DNA from: an uncultured bacterium
GTDB lineage: Bacteria; Patescibacteriota; Minisyncoccia; Minisyncoccales; CAVTZN01
Assembly (NCBI GenBank): GCA_963703245.1
Contig: OY969803.1
Span: 245,842 to 309,841, forward strand
Direction: 5' to 3'
Length of the DNA stretch: 64,000 nucleotides
Numbering within the stretch: the first letter of the stretch is position 1; every line of letters starts with the position of its first letter. The notes beneath the pieces are model-generated. The model was not told the DNA's origin. It was given only the letters and a program-made list of their open reading frames with translations, and did no database searches. This document shows positions 16,692 to 25,054 of this stretch, one piece after another. A program made the position numbers and the translations under genes.

Positions 16692-17762
16692 ATGAATAAT
16701 TATTTATCTCAACTTAAAGAATTACTTAATGAAACCTATAAAGCGCAGGCTTCGGATTTACACCTTTCGGTGGGTGATTACCCGACTCTTAGGATTAACG
16801 GCGCTTTAATTCCCCTTTCTAAAAAGAAAATCTTGGCGCCAGAAGAAACACAAGGGTTGGCTACTGCTTTACTAAATGAAGATCAGATTCAGCGTTTTTT
16901 AAAAGAGAAAGAATTGGATTTTTCATATAATTTTGAAGATATCGCCCGTTTCCGAGTAAATGTTTATTTACAGAAAGGATATGTTTCTGTTGCCCTTCGT
17001 TTAGTACCAACAAAAATTAAAAATATTGAAGAATTAAATTTACCCCCGATTCTATACCGGTTTTGTCAGCCGACTCAAGGGTTTGTTTTGGTTACGGGTC
17101 CTTCTGGCCATGGAAAATCAACTACTTTAGCTGCCTTAATTAATGAAATAAATCATACAAGAGCAGATCATATAATTACAATTGAGGACCCAATCGAATA
17201 CATATTTAAAGACGATAAAGCGGTTATTGAACAAAGGGAAGTTTACCAAGACACTTTATCTTTTGCCCGGGCTCTAAGAGCAACCTTTCGTCAAGATCCA
17301 GATGTCATTATGGTTGGAGAAATGAGAGATTTAGAGACAGTGGCTACTGCTATTACAGCTGCCGAAACGGGCCATTTAGTTTTTGCCACTCTACATACTA
17401 ATAATGCTGCCCAAACCATCCATAGAATTGTTGATTCTTTCCCTGCTGAGCAGCAAACTCAAATCAGAAACCAATTAGCAGGTTCTCTTTTAGGAGTAAT
17501 TTCTCAAAGACTAATTCCTAGAGTTAAAGGAGGTTTAATTCCGGCTTGTGAAATAATGTTACAAAACCCCGCTGTTGCTAATTTAATTCGGGAGAATAAA
17601 ATTCACGAAATCAATTTAGTAATTGAAACTTCAGCCGATGAGGGAATGATTTCTTTAAATAGATATTTAGCAAATTTGGTTAGAATAAAAGAAATTTCTT
17701 TAGAGAACGCCATAGCCTATTCCTTAAATCCCGCTGAATTAAAGATACTGCTTAAAAAATAA
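16692..17762 (+). CDS. pilT: Type IV pilus retraction ATPase PilT
   Basis: 356 aa with Walker A GPSGHGKSTT, RQDPDVIMVGEMRD and the PilT signature AVANLIRENKIHEI. Confidence 0.85.
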   Translation: MNNYLSQLKELLNETYKAQASDLHLSVGDYPTLRINGALIPLSKKKILAPEETQGLATALLNEDQIQRFLKEKELDFSYNFEDIARFRVNVYLQKGYVSVALRLVPTKIKNIEELNLPPILYRFCQPTQGFVLVTGPSGHGKSTTLAALINEINHTRADHIITIEDPIEYIFKDDKAVIEQREVYQDTLSFARALRATFRQDPDVIMVGEMRDLETVATAITAAETGHLVFATLHTNNAAQTIHRIVDSFPAEQQTQIRNQLAGSLLGVISQRLIPRVKGGLIPACEIMLQNPAVANLIRENKIHEINLVIETSADEGMISLNRYLANLVRIKEISLENAIAYSLNPAELKILLKK

Positions 17763-17771
17763 CACAATACT

Positions 17772-17841
17772 AATCTACTAATCTTATGCTAATTTTTCGT
17801 TCTAATCGCATTTTTATAAATTAGCATTCCATTTGTAGATT
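17772..17841. repeat. 70-nt imperfect palindrome in the pilT-pilC spacer
   Basis: AATCTAC..ATGCTAATTT pairs with AAATTAGCAT..GTAGATT (7 + 10 bp around an internal loop). CTAAT(C) is repeated four times. Confidence 0.65.
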
Positions 17842-17854
17842 TAAATTATATTTT

Positions 17855-19063
17855 GTGAAGTTTAATTACACTGCCCGAAATAAACAAGGGGAAATTCAAA
17901 TGGGAGAAATTACCGCTGCCTCTGAAGAGGCAGCGACTGCTCTTTTACAAAAGATGGGTTTTTTTATCACATCGTTAGAAGAAACTGCCGAAATTCCTCT
18001 TTTTTCTAAAAAAATTCGTCTTTTTTCGAGAATTTCAAGAAAAGACATAGTTTTATTCTCTCGCCAGCTTTCTATCCTTATTAGCTCAGATGTTCCTTTG
18101 GTTGAATCTTTGAGAACGCTATCCTCTCAAGTCAAAAATCCAGATTTCAAAGATAAAATTTTAGAAATTTCCGAGGAAGTAGAAGGTGGAACAGCTTTTT
18201 CTGATGCTCTTTCGCACCATCCTAAAAATTTTTCTGCCTTTTTTGTCAATTTGGTAAAATCCGGAGAAGCATCAGGAAAATTATCTCAAGTTTTATCTTA
18301 TTTAGCCGAACATTTAGAAAGAGATTATTATCTCACTTCAAAGATTAAAGGAGCGATGGCTTATCCTGCTTTTGTTTTATTCACTCTTTTAATCGTTTTG
18401 GTCATAATGGTTATTTTTGTTCTTCCGCAATTAATAGCAGTTTTAAAAGAATCGGGCGCTCAAATTCCTTTGATTACCCGAATCCTTATTTTTGTTATCG
18501 AGTTTTTGCGGACAAAGGGCTGGATAATTTTAATTTTTTTAGTTCCTGGAACAATCTTCGCCTGGCGTTGGAGAAATACTCCAAAGGGGAAAGAATTTTT
18601 TGACAAAACTTTTATTCGTTTTCCTTTAATCGGCGGTTTTTTAAAAATGGTTTATCTTTCTCGTATTGCCGAGAGCTTAAGTACATTGCTTGCCGGAGGA
18701 ATATCTATTACTAGGACCTTGGAGATTACCGCCGACGTAGTAGGGAATGCCACCTACAAAGAGATAATCTTAAAAACCCGAGAAGAAGTTAGAAAAGGAG
18801 AATCAATAAGTTCGGTTTTTTCTCTTTTTCCAAAAGAGATTCCTCCTTTATTTACCCAAATGGCAATGGTGGGAGAAAAGACCGGAAGATTAGATTCAAT
18901 TTTAGTCAATATTTCAAATTTTTATAGAAAAGAAGTAGAAGTTTTTACTGACAATATTTTAAGCCTGATTGAGCCGGTGTTGATGGTTATTTTGGGAATA
19001 ACAATCGGTTTTTTCGTCGCCTCAATTATGCTTCCTTTGTATTCGAGCTTAAGCGGAATTTAA
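17855..19063 (+). CDS. pilC: Type IV pilus platform protein PilC (GspF family)
   Basis: 402 aa with two GspF-type repeats (…FSRQLSILISSDVPLVESL… and …SRIAESLSTLLAGGISITRTL…) and three TM segments. GTG start. Confidence 0.8.
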   Translation: MKFNYTARNKQGEIQMGEITAASEEAATALLQKMGFFITSLEETAEIPLFSKKIRLFSRISRKDIVLFSRQLSILISSDVPLVESLRTLSSQVKNPDFKDKILEISEEVEGGTAFSDALSHHPKNFSAFFVNLVKSGEASGKLSQVLSYLAEHLERDYYLTSKIKGAMAYPAFVLFTLLIVLVIMVIFVLPQLIAVLKESGAQIPLITRILIFVIEFLRTKGWIILIFLVPGTIFAWRWRNTPKGKEFFDKTFIRFPLIGGFLKMVYLSRIAESLSTLLAGGISITRTLEITADVVGNATYKEIILKTREEVRKGESISSVFSLFPKEIPPLFTQMAMVGEKTGRLDSILVNISNFYRKEVEVFTDNILSLIEPVLMVILGITIGFFVASIMLPLYSSLSGI

Positions 19064-19103
19064 AAATCCCTTGTTCAATAAAGTTGGTCTGTTGAAAAAA
19101 TAG

Positions 19104-19132
19104 TTGACCTGTTATATTAGAAGTTATAAAAT
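19104..19132 (+). promoter_or_regulatory. Putative sigma-70 promoter of the major pilin gene
   Basis: TTGACC-N17-TAAAAT, about 57 nt upstream of pilA. It is preceded by a near-duplicate, AGTTGGTCTGTT / AGTTGACCTGTT. Confidence 0.4.
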
Positions 19133-19189
19133 ATATTAAGAATACACAAAAAGGTCGAATCTTAAAAATTAACAAATTTACAATTAAAA

Positions 19190-19666
19190 ATGTTACAATT
19201 TTTTACTAATAAAAAGAAAGGTTTCACCCTAATTGAACTTTTGGTAGTTATCGCTATTATTGGTATTTTAGCCTCGATTGTTTTAGTTGGTTTTAATACA
19301 GCTAGAAGCAGAGCTAAAGATACTGCCGTTAAAGCAGCCATGGCCGAATTAAGAGCAGCGGCTGAATTAGATTACGATACTAATGGAAATTACAATAATG
19401 TTTGTACGGAAACCGGAGGCTCAAGCGGCAATAGTGTTTTGGGCACCACTGGAGACTTTGGAAGGATAAATACCAATGTAAAATCTAATAATGGTGGAAC
19501 AGATGTAGTTTGTAATGAAGCAGGAACTACCGCAGCTAGCACTGGCTGGGCTGCCTGGAGTTCTTTGGTTGCTGCAAGTGGAAAATATTTTTGCGCTGAT
19601 TCATCAGCTTCAGCCATCCAAAGAGATACTGCACCATCAGCCGACGCAACTGCTTGTACTCCATAA
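19190..19666 (+). CDS. pilA: Type IV major pilin (prepilin)
   Basis: Class III signal KKKG|FTLIELLVVIAIIGILASI with Glu+5. The C-terminal domain is Gly/Thr/Ala-rich with paired Cys residues, and the gene is locally GC-richer than its surroundings. Confidence 0.85.
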   Translation: MLQFFTNKKKGFTLIELLVVIAIIGILASIVLVGFNTARSRAKDTAVKAAMAELRAAAELDYDTNGNYNNVCTETGGSSGNSVLGTTGDFGRINTNVKSNNGGTDVVCNEAGTTAASTGWAAWSSLVAASGKYFCADSSASAIQRDTAPSADATACTP

Positions 19667-19703
19667 AAAAGAAAGGATAACATATCTAAAGGATAATAGT
19701 TTT

Positions 19704-19740
19704 AAAACCGAAATCGCAAATTTGCGATTTTGGTTTTTTT
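19704..19740 (+). terminator. Rho-independent terminator after pilA
   Basis: AAAACCGAAATCGCAAA / TTTGCGATTTTGGTTTT, a near-perfect 17-bp palindrome followed by a T run. Confidence 0.75.
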
Positions 19741-19769
19741 ATTTAAAACAAATAGGGTATAATTAAAAA

Positions 19770-20564
19770 ATGCCTGATTATTTTTTCTATTTAATTATTT
19801 TTATTTTCGGTCTAATTGTGGGGAGTTTTTTAAATTGTATAATTTACCGCATAGAAAGCGGTAAAAGTTTTTTAAAAGGTCGTTCTTTCTGTCCAAATTG
19901 TCATCACGAATTAAGCTGGCAGGATTTAATTCCTCTTCTCAGTTTTTTAATTTTAAAAAGAAAATGCCGTTATTGTCACCAGAAAATTTCTCTCCAATAT
20001 CCTTTAGTAGAACTATTTACAGGTTTCTTATTTGTTTTAACTGCTTATTATGTTCTATCTTCTTTAAACTTCCAAAATTTACTATTTACTATTTACTATT
20101 TAATAATTATTAGTTTCCTAATTATCATTTTCGTCTATGACCTAAAGCACTATATTATTCCCGACAAGATAGTTTACTCGGCTATTGGTATAACCCTTTT
20201 TTACCAATTGTTTAGAATTTGGGATTTTGGTAATTGGAATTTATTTAGGGCTTCGGATTTAGGATTTGGGGTTTTACCATCGTTAATTTTTTTAGTAATA
20301 ATTTTATTTTCTCGCGGACAGTGGATGGGTTTAGGTGATTTTAAATTGGCAGTTTTAATGGGGCTGTTTCTTGGTTTCCCGAATATCGTAGTAGCTCTAT
20401 TTTTAGCTGTTTTTTGGGGTGCTATAATAGGATTAGGATTAGTGATTTTTGGCGGAAAAAAACTATCAAGCGAAATTCCTTTCGGGCCATTTTTAGTCAC
20501 GGGAACATTTGTCGCTTTATTCTGGGGACAACAAATAATTAATTGGTATTTTAATTTTTTATGA
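19770..20564 (+). CDS. pilD: Prepilin peptidase (A24 family) PilD
   Basis: Polytopic membrane protein with the CPNC...CRYC zinc motif, plus the catalytic Asp contexts VYDLKHYIIPD and GLGDFKL. Confidence 0.8.
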   Translation: MPDYFFYLIIFIFGLIVGSFLNCIIYRIESGKSFLKGRSFCPNCHHELSWQDLIPLLSFLILKRKCRYCHQKISLQYPLVELFTGFLFVLTAYYVLSSLNFQNLLFTIYYLIIISFLIIIFVYDLKHYIIPDKIVYSAIGITLFYQLFRIWDFGNWNLFRASDLGFGVLPSLIFLVIILFSRGQWMGLGDFKLAVLMGLFLGFPNIVVALFLAVFWGAIIGLGLVIFGGKKLSSEIPFGPFLVTGTFVALFWGQQIINWYFNFL

Positions 20565-21817
20565 AACAAAAATTGAAAAGCAATGAGGGGTTTAGTATTA
20601 TTGAAATTCTGGCAGTAATGGCAATTATTGTTACTATCTCGGGGATAGCCATAGTTAATTGGAGATCGGGAGAAAAGCAGTATGCTTTACAGAGAGCAGC
20701 AAGTAAGCTTAGCCAGGATATAAGGCGAGCCGAAGAATTAGCCATGTCAACGAAACAATTTCAAGGTCAAGTTCCCGAAGGGGGATATGGAGTTTTTTTT
20801 AAGGTTTCAGAAAAAGACCACTATATTTTATTTGCCGACCTTAATAACAATAATCATTATGATCCTGGTTTAGATGGTTTAGTTGAGGATATTCCGCTTG
20901 AAAAAGAAATCCAAATCAGCCAGTTATCACCTTCCTCTCCCTTACATATAACCTTTACTCCTCCGGAACCAACCGTGACAATCACACAAGACGCTTCAGA
21001 AGCCCAAATTACTCTTTCTATTAAAACCGACCCAACGAAAATAAAAATCATAAAATTAAATAAAGCAGGTTTAGTTTATATTTTTTCTCCCTATACTCTT
21101 TCTGTTTCTAAATCTGGCACTGGTTCAGGAACAGTAACAAGCTCGCCAGACGGCATTAATTGTGGAACAGACTGTTCTGAAGCTTATACTTCTATTAATT
21201 CAGTTACTCTTACTGCTTTTGTCGATTTTGGTTCTACCTTTTCAGGATGGTTAGGAGATTGTACAGGAACAGGAAATTGCGTTTTAACTATGGATGCCAA
21301 TAAGGGTGTGACCGCAACGTTTAATTCCTGTTTTGCCAATGGTACATTATGTAATTCAGAAAGCCAATGTTGTTCAGGTTATTGTTATGTTGACGCAGAT
21401 GGAGACCGTTATTCTCCTTCTTCGGGAACTAAGAAATGTCAAGTTATTTCACAAATTACTGGCACTGATAATAATGATTCTTCTCCTTGTACTGATAACT
21501 ATGCTGAGTATGCGGGTACCTGTACCACTACATGCAAGGGCTGTATTACTGGTGCCTGTGTTAATATTCCAGCTGGAAGCCAGGACACCTACGGGAGCAA
21601 TACATGCACGACTACCCACTACCGCTGCGATGGCTCAGGAGCTTGTACAGCACCGACCGTCTGTACTGGCAGGTTAGCCTATCAGAGTTGCGATCAATCA
21701 TGCACTAACTCTGGATACTCAACTTGTATTACTGGTTATAACGGCAATAATTGTACTAGTACAACGAGGGCTTGTAGTTCTGCGTATTCTTGGACTTGTC
21801 GGTGTTATCGGTACTAA
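20561..21817 (+). CDS. Minor pilin (GspH/FimT-like N-terminus) fused to a B-repeat-like module and a Cys-rich C-terminal domain
   Basis: Prepilin signal NEG|FSIIEILAVMAIIV. It is followed by YTLSVSKSGTGSGTVTSSPDGINCGTDC...FSGWLGDCTGTGNC (divergent InlB-B-repeat-like), then a tail of about 150 aa with roughly 30 Cys, including CYVDADGDRY. Confidence 0.7.
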   Translation: MKQKLKSNEGFSIIEILAVMAIIVTISGIAIVNWRSGEKQYALQRAASKLSQDIRRAEELAMSTKQFQGQVPEGGYGVFFKVSEKDHYILFADLNNNNHYDPGLDGLVEDIPLEKEIQISQLSPSSPLHITFTPPEPTVTITQDASEAQITLSIKTDPTKIKIIKLNKAGLVYIFSPYTLSVSKSGTGSGTVTSSPDGINCGTDCSEAYTSINSVTLTAFVDFGSTFSGWLGDCTGTGNCVLTMDANKGVTATFNSCFANGTLCNSESQCCSGYCYVDADGDRYSPSSGTKKCQVISQITGTDNNDSSPCTDNYAEYAGTCTTTCKGCITGACVNIPAGSQDTYGSNTCTTTHYRCDGSGACTAPTVCTGRLAYQSCDQSCTNSGYSTCITGYNGNNCTSTTRACSSAYSWTCRCYRY

Positions 21818-21897
21818 TAAAACATATTTATTAATTAAAGAAATAATTAGAGTAGGATTTATTATTTAAAATTATCAGCTTATAAAAAAATAAGAAA

Positions 21898-24026
21898 ATG
21901 AAAATATCTAGGCATTTCAAAACTAAACAATCCTCCAGCTTTACATTAGTTGAAGTTATGGTTTCTTTGTTTGTTTTATTTACTGCAATTATAGGAGGGA
22001 TGGCCGCAGTCAATAGAGGACTAGATACAATCCAAAATAGCAAATCAAGACTGATAGCTGCTAATCTTGCTCAGGAAGGCATAGAGCTAATCAGAAATAT
22101 AAGAGATAATAATTGGCTCGACGTATTCAAAGAAATAAGCTTTTTAAACCAAGGGTCAAAAATCACAAACAAAGAAATCCCCAGGATTGAAAGTAGAGGA
22201 GCAGAAATAGGCGATCCTTGGCTTTCAGACTACGGCTACCGCAAACAAATAACAATAACTGGCACAACTGCCGGCGCCCAGACCAACTACCAGATGAAAC
22301 TCACTGTCTACAAAGGCAGCGGCACTGATTCTGGTTCAAACGTGTATCTTAACAACCATGTCCAGGACGACTTTGACGATATACGCTTTACCAAATCCGA
22401 CGGCACAACCCAATTAGATTATTGGGTAGAGTCTTATACCTCCGGCACCTCAGCCACGGTCTGGGTTGAATTTGATTCTATTCCTGCTTCACCTTAAACC
22501 GCTAATTTCTACATATACTATGGTAATGCTTCAGCGACTTCTGCGAGTTTAATGGCGATAATACATTTCAGTTTTTTGATGATTTTGAAACAGGTACTAT
22601 ACAATAAATGGTCTATTTTCTAATATCTTGGATAATACGATTCGTTCAATTGAAAAAAGCAGGTAGTTACTTCTGCAAGGGAGGTTCCTCTATTTGCTCA
22701 ATTAAAGATATTACAAACTTCTAAAGCCGTTTAAGAGTAGGACTGGTTTAGATTGGAGAAAATGACTACAATATCATTATCCAGCTATCTCTACTGACAA
22801 CAGTAGCTACTACACTTCATATCTATGTGAGTTTGGGTCGTAGCGAGAGCAAAATGGTTATTTCGGATATTATAATGGCACCTGGCGTACAAAAATTATC
22901 CAGTTAATACTACCATCTTATGTAATACGCGTGGCGATTTTATACAATTAATTTTTGATCTTTGGCTCAACGGAAATATTAGGTCTATATAGATGGTACA
23001 GTTAAGAAACTACCATCAAGGTTTAAGTGCTGAAAAACGATGCCGGTAGTATTCCTAGCGCTTTAACCGACTGGCGATTATTAAACACAGCCAGTGATAC
23101 ATTGGAATATGTGGGCAATTTCTAGGAATTATGGTATGTCTCCCGAACCCTCTTTCGGAGTTTGGGGGAGCGAAGAAGAATCTTTGGCTACCCTTCTTGT
23201 TTCTCTAGAGGCTGTGCCCAATTCTGGTACAGCTCCCTTAAATGACGTTGATTTAAAAGCGACAGTTTCTGGCACAGCTACAGGAAATATCAGGTACACT
23301 TTTTACTGTAACCGCGCCGATTCAGGAACTAATATTACTGGCGACTGGAATCACCAGACAGACTGGACAAGTATAAATCCCTATACTACAACCGATGTTT
23401 GTGATTATGCTTCAGAAGGTACTTATACTGCCAAAACTATTGTAGAAAGAGGAAGTTTAGCTGCTGAGGATAGAGAAACAATTATTGTTTCTTCCGGCAC
23501 CCCACCACCACCTCCTCCACCACCGCCCCCTCCACCTCCTTCACCGGCTACTTCTTGGACTGATAGCTTTTTTGCCTGTGGTCAGACTTCTTGCGATTGG
23601 GAAGTTGATTATCAATCTCAAAGACCCCTACAATCTTATCAAGGAAGATATTTAAAATTAGATAATACTTATGGATTTTATAATTATACCAGTGGAAATG
23701 ATACTAAATTTCAAAGGAAAATTACTGTCCAAAAAATAAGCAATGATCAAATAAGAGTTATTTCGAAAGTTGAGTGGAAGGAAAAAGGAAAAACATATAA
23801 TCTTACCGCAGTTGAAGACCTGTATAATTGGTTAGGATTATCAACCAGTCCGGGTTGCCTTATGTGCTATTCAGATGTTGATTTCGATGGCGATGGGTAT
23901 AAGAACAGTTATGCTTCCCAATTTTGTGACGTTGAATCCTGTCCTGAAGGTTATTCTAATATCCCTGGCGCAAATACAGATTGCGATGACAATAACGCCT
24001 CAATTTATCCTGGACAGGGTTGTTAA
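21898..24026 (+). pseudogene. Giant modular minor pilin (PilV-like helix + DUF2341/LamG-like + PKD-like + poly-Pro + pilin beta-domain + Cys/Asp motif), with its central ~600 nt degraded
   Basis: 21898..22497 reads SSS|FTLVEVMVSLF then WLSDYGYRKQITI...YWVESY...VWVEF (DUF2341-like). 22498..23093 still reads FYIYYGNASATSAS / GDNTFQFFDDFETGT / KAGSY..GGSSICSIKDIT, but across many frames and stops. 23094..24026 resumes with a PKD-like fold, a P14 run, a pilin C-domain and DCDDNNASIYPG. Confidence 0.7.
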
Positions 24027-24070
24027 GATAAACGTTTAAGCCAGAGTATTATAAAAATATAAAAATCAAA

Positions 24071-24604
24071 ATGAATAATAAATCTTTCACTATAATAGAG
24101 CTTTTGGTAGCCATAGGGGTTTTTTCAGTTGTTATCGCTTCAGCGGTCGGAATTTTTACTACAGCCATAAAAGGACAAAGGAAAGCTTTGGTTACCCAGG
24201 AAATTTTAGACCAAACAAGCTATACTTTGGAATATATAAGCAGGTCGATTAGAATGGCGAAAAAAGACATTACGGGTAGCTGTATTACATTAGGTTCTAA
24301 TTATGAATTAACTCGAGGAGAAAAAGGAATAAAGTTTAAAGATTATCAAAATGTTTGTCAGGAATTTTTTCTTGAAGAAGGAAAATTAAAACAATCAAAA
24401 GGAGGAGAGATTACAGATTTAACTTCGTCAAATCTTGAAATGACCTCCCTTAACTTAAACCTTACTGGCGCTTCAGATAGTGATGCTCTTCAGCCGAGGA
24501 TAACAATTGCCTTGTCTATAAAAGGAAAAGGACAAAAACCAGAAGAAAAATCTGAAATCAAGCTTCAAACAACAATTTCTCAAAGAAACCCAGATTTAAA
24601 ATAA
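24071..24604 (+). CDS. Minor pilin (prepilin-type N-terminal cleavage domain)
   Basis: NNKS|FTIIELLVAIGVFSVVIASAVGIF with Glu+5; 177 aa. Confidence 0.7.
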   Translation: MNNKSFTIIELLVAIGVFSVVIASAVGIFTTAIKGQRKALVTQEILDQTSYTLEYISRSIRMAKKDITGSCITLGSNYELTRGEKGIKFKDYQNVCQEFFLEEGKLKQSKGGEITDLTSSNLEMTSLNLNLTGASDSDALQPRITIALSIKGKGQKPEEKSEIKLQTTISQRNPDLK

Positions 24605-24605
24605 T

Positions 24606-25004
24606 ATGAAAAAGTTTAAAAAAGAATTATCAATAATCAATAGGAAAAACAAGGATGATAGGAGACAAAATGGCATTTCGCTTTTGTTTACCATACTAAT
24701 TATGGCAATCTTTTTGGGGATAAGTTTGGGAGTGAGCACTATTTTGATTCAGGAGACAAAAATAACCCGGGGGACAGGAGATTCAGTTGTTGCTTTTTAC
24801 GCCGCCGATGCGGGTGTAGAAAAAGCAACTATGAACCGAAATAGTCCTTCTAATTTCCAAGAATGTTTTTCTTCTCCCTATAATGATATTTGTTATGAAA
24901 TACAGGTAATTAATCGTGGTCCTGATTGCGATGCCACGAATTATTGTCTTAAATCAACAGGTACTTATAAGGGAACAAAAAGAGGAATTGAATTAAAATT
25001 TTGA
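24606..25004 (+). CDS. PilX-N-like pilus assembly protein
   Basis: RQNGISLLFTILIMAIFLGISLG hydrophobic anchor without Glu+5, followed by AFYAADAGVE, as in the PilX N-terminal domain. Confidence 0.5.
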   Translation: MKKFKKELSIINRKNKDDRRQNGISLLFTILIMAIFLGISLGVSTILIQETKITRGTGDSVVAFYAADAGVEKATMNRNSPSNFQECFSSPYNDICYEIQVINRGPDCDATNYCLKSTGTYKGTKRGIELKF

Positions 25005-25054
25005 TAGAAATTTCTCTTAAATTTTAGCCTTGTTAAATAATTTAAAAATTTAAA

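Noticed and set aside
19390-19683. 97-aa minus ORF and the 19515..19766 plus ORF over pilA
   Set aside because: These are alternative frames of the GC-richer pilin gene. The pilA frame has the diagnostic prepilin signal.
21333-21677. 114-aa plus ORF in an alternative frame of the Cys-rich pilin
   Set aside because: It is internal to the 20561..21817 ORF, which reads through with coherent domain structure.
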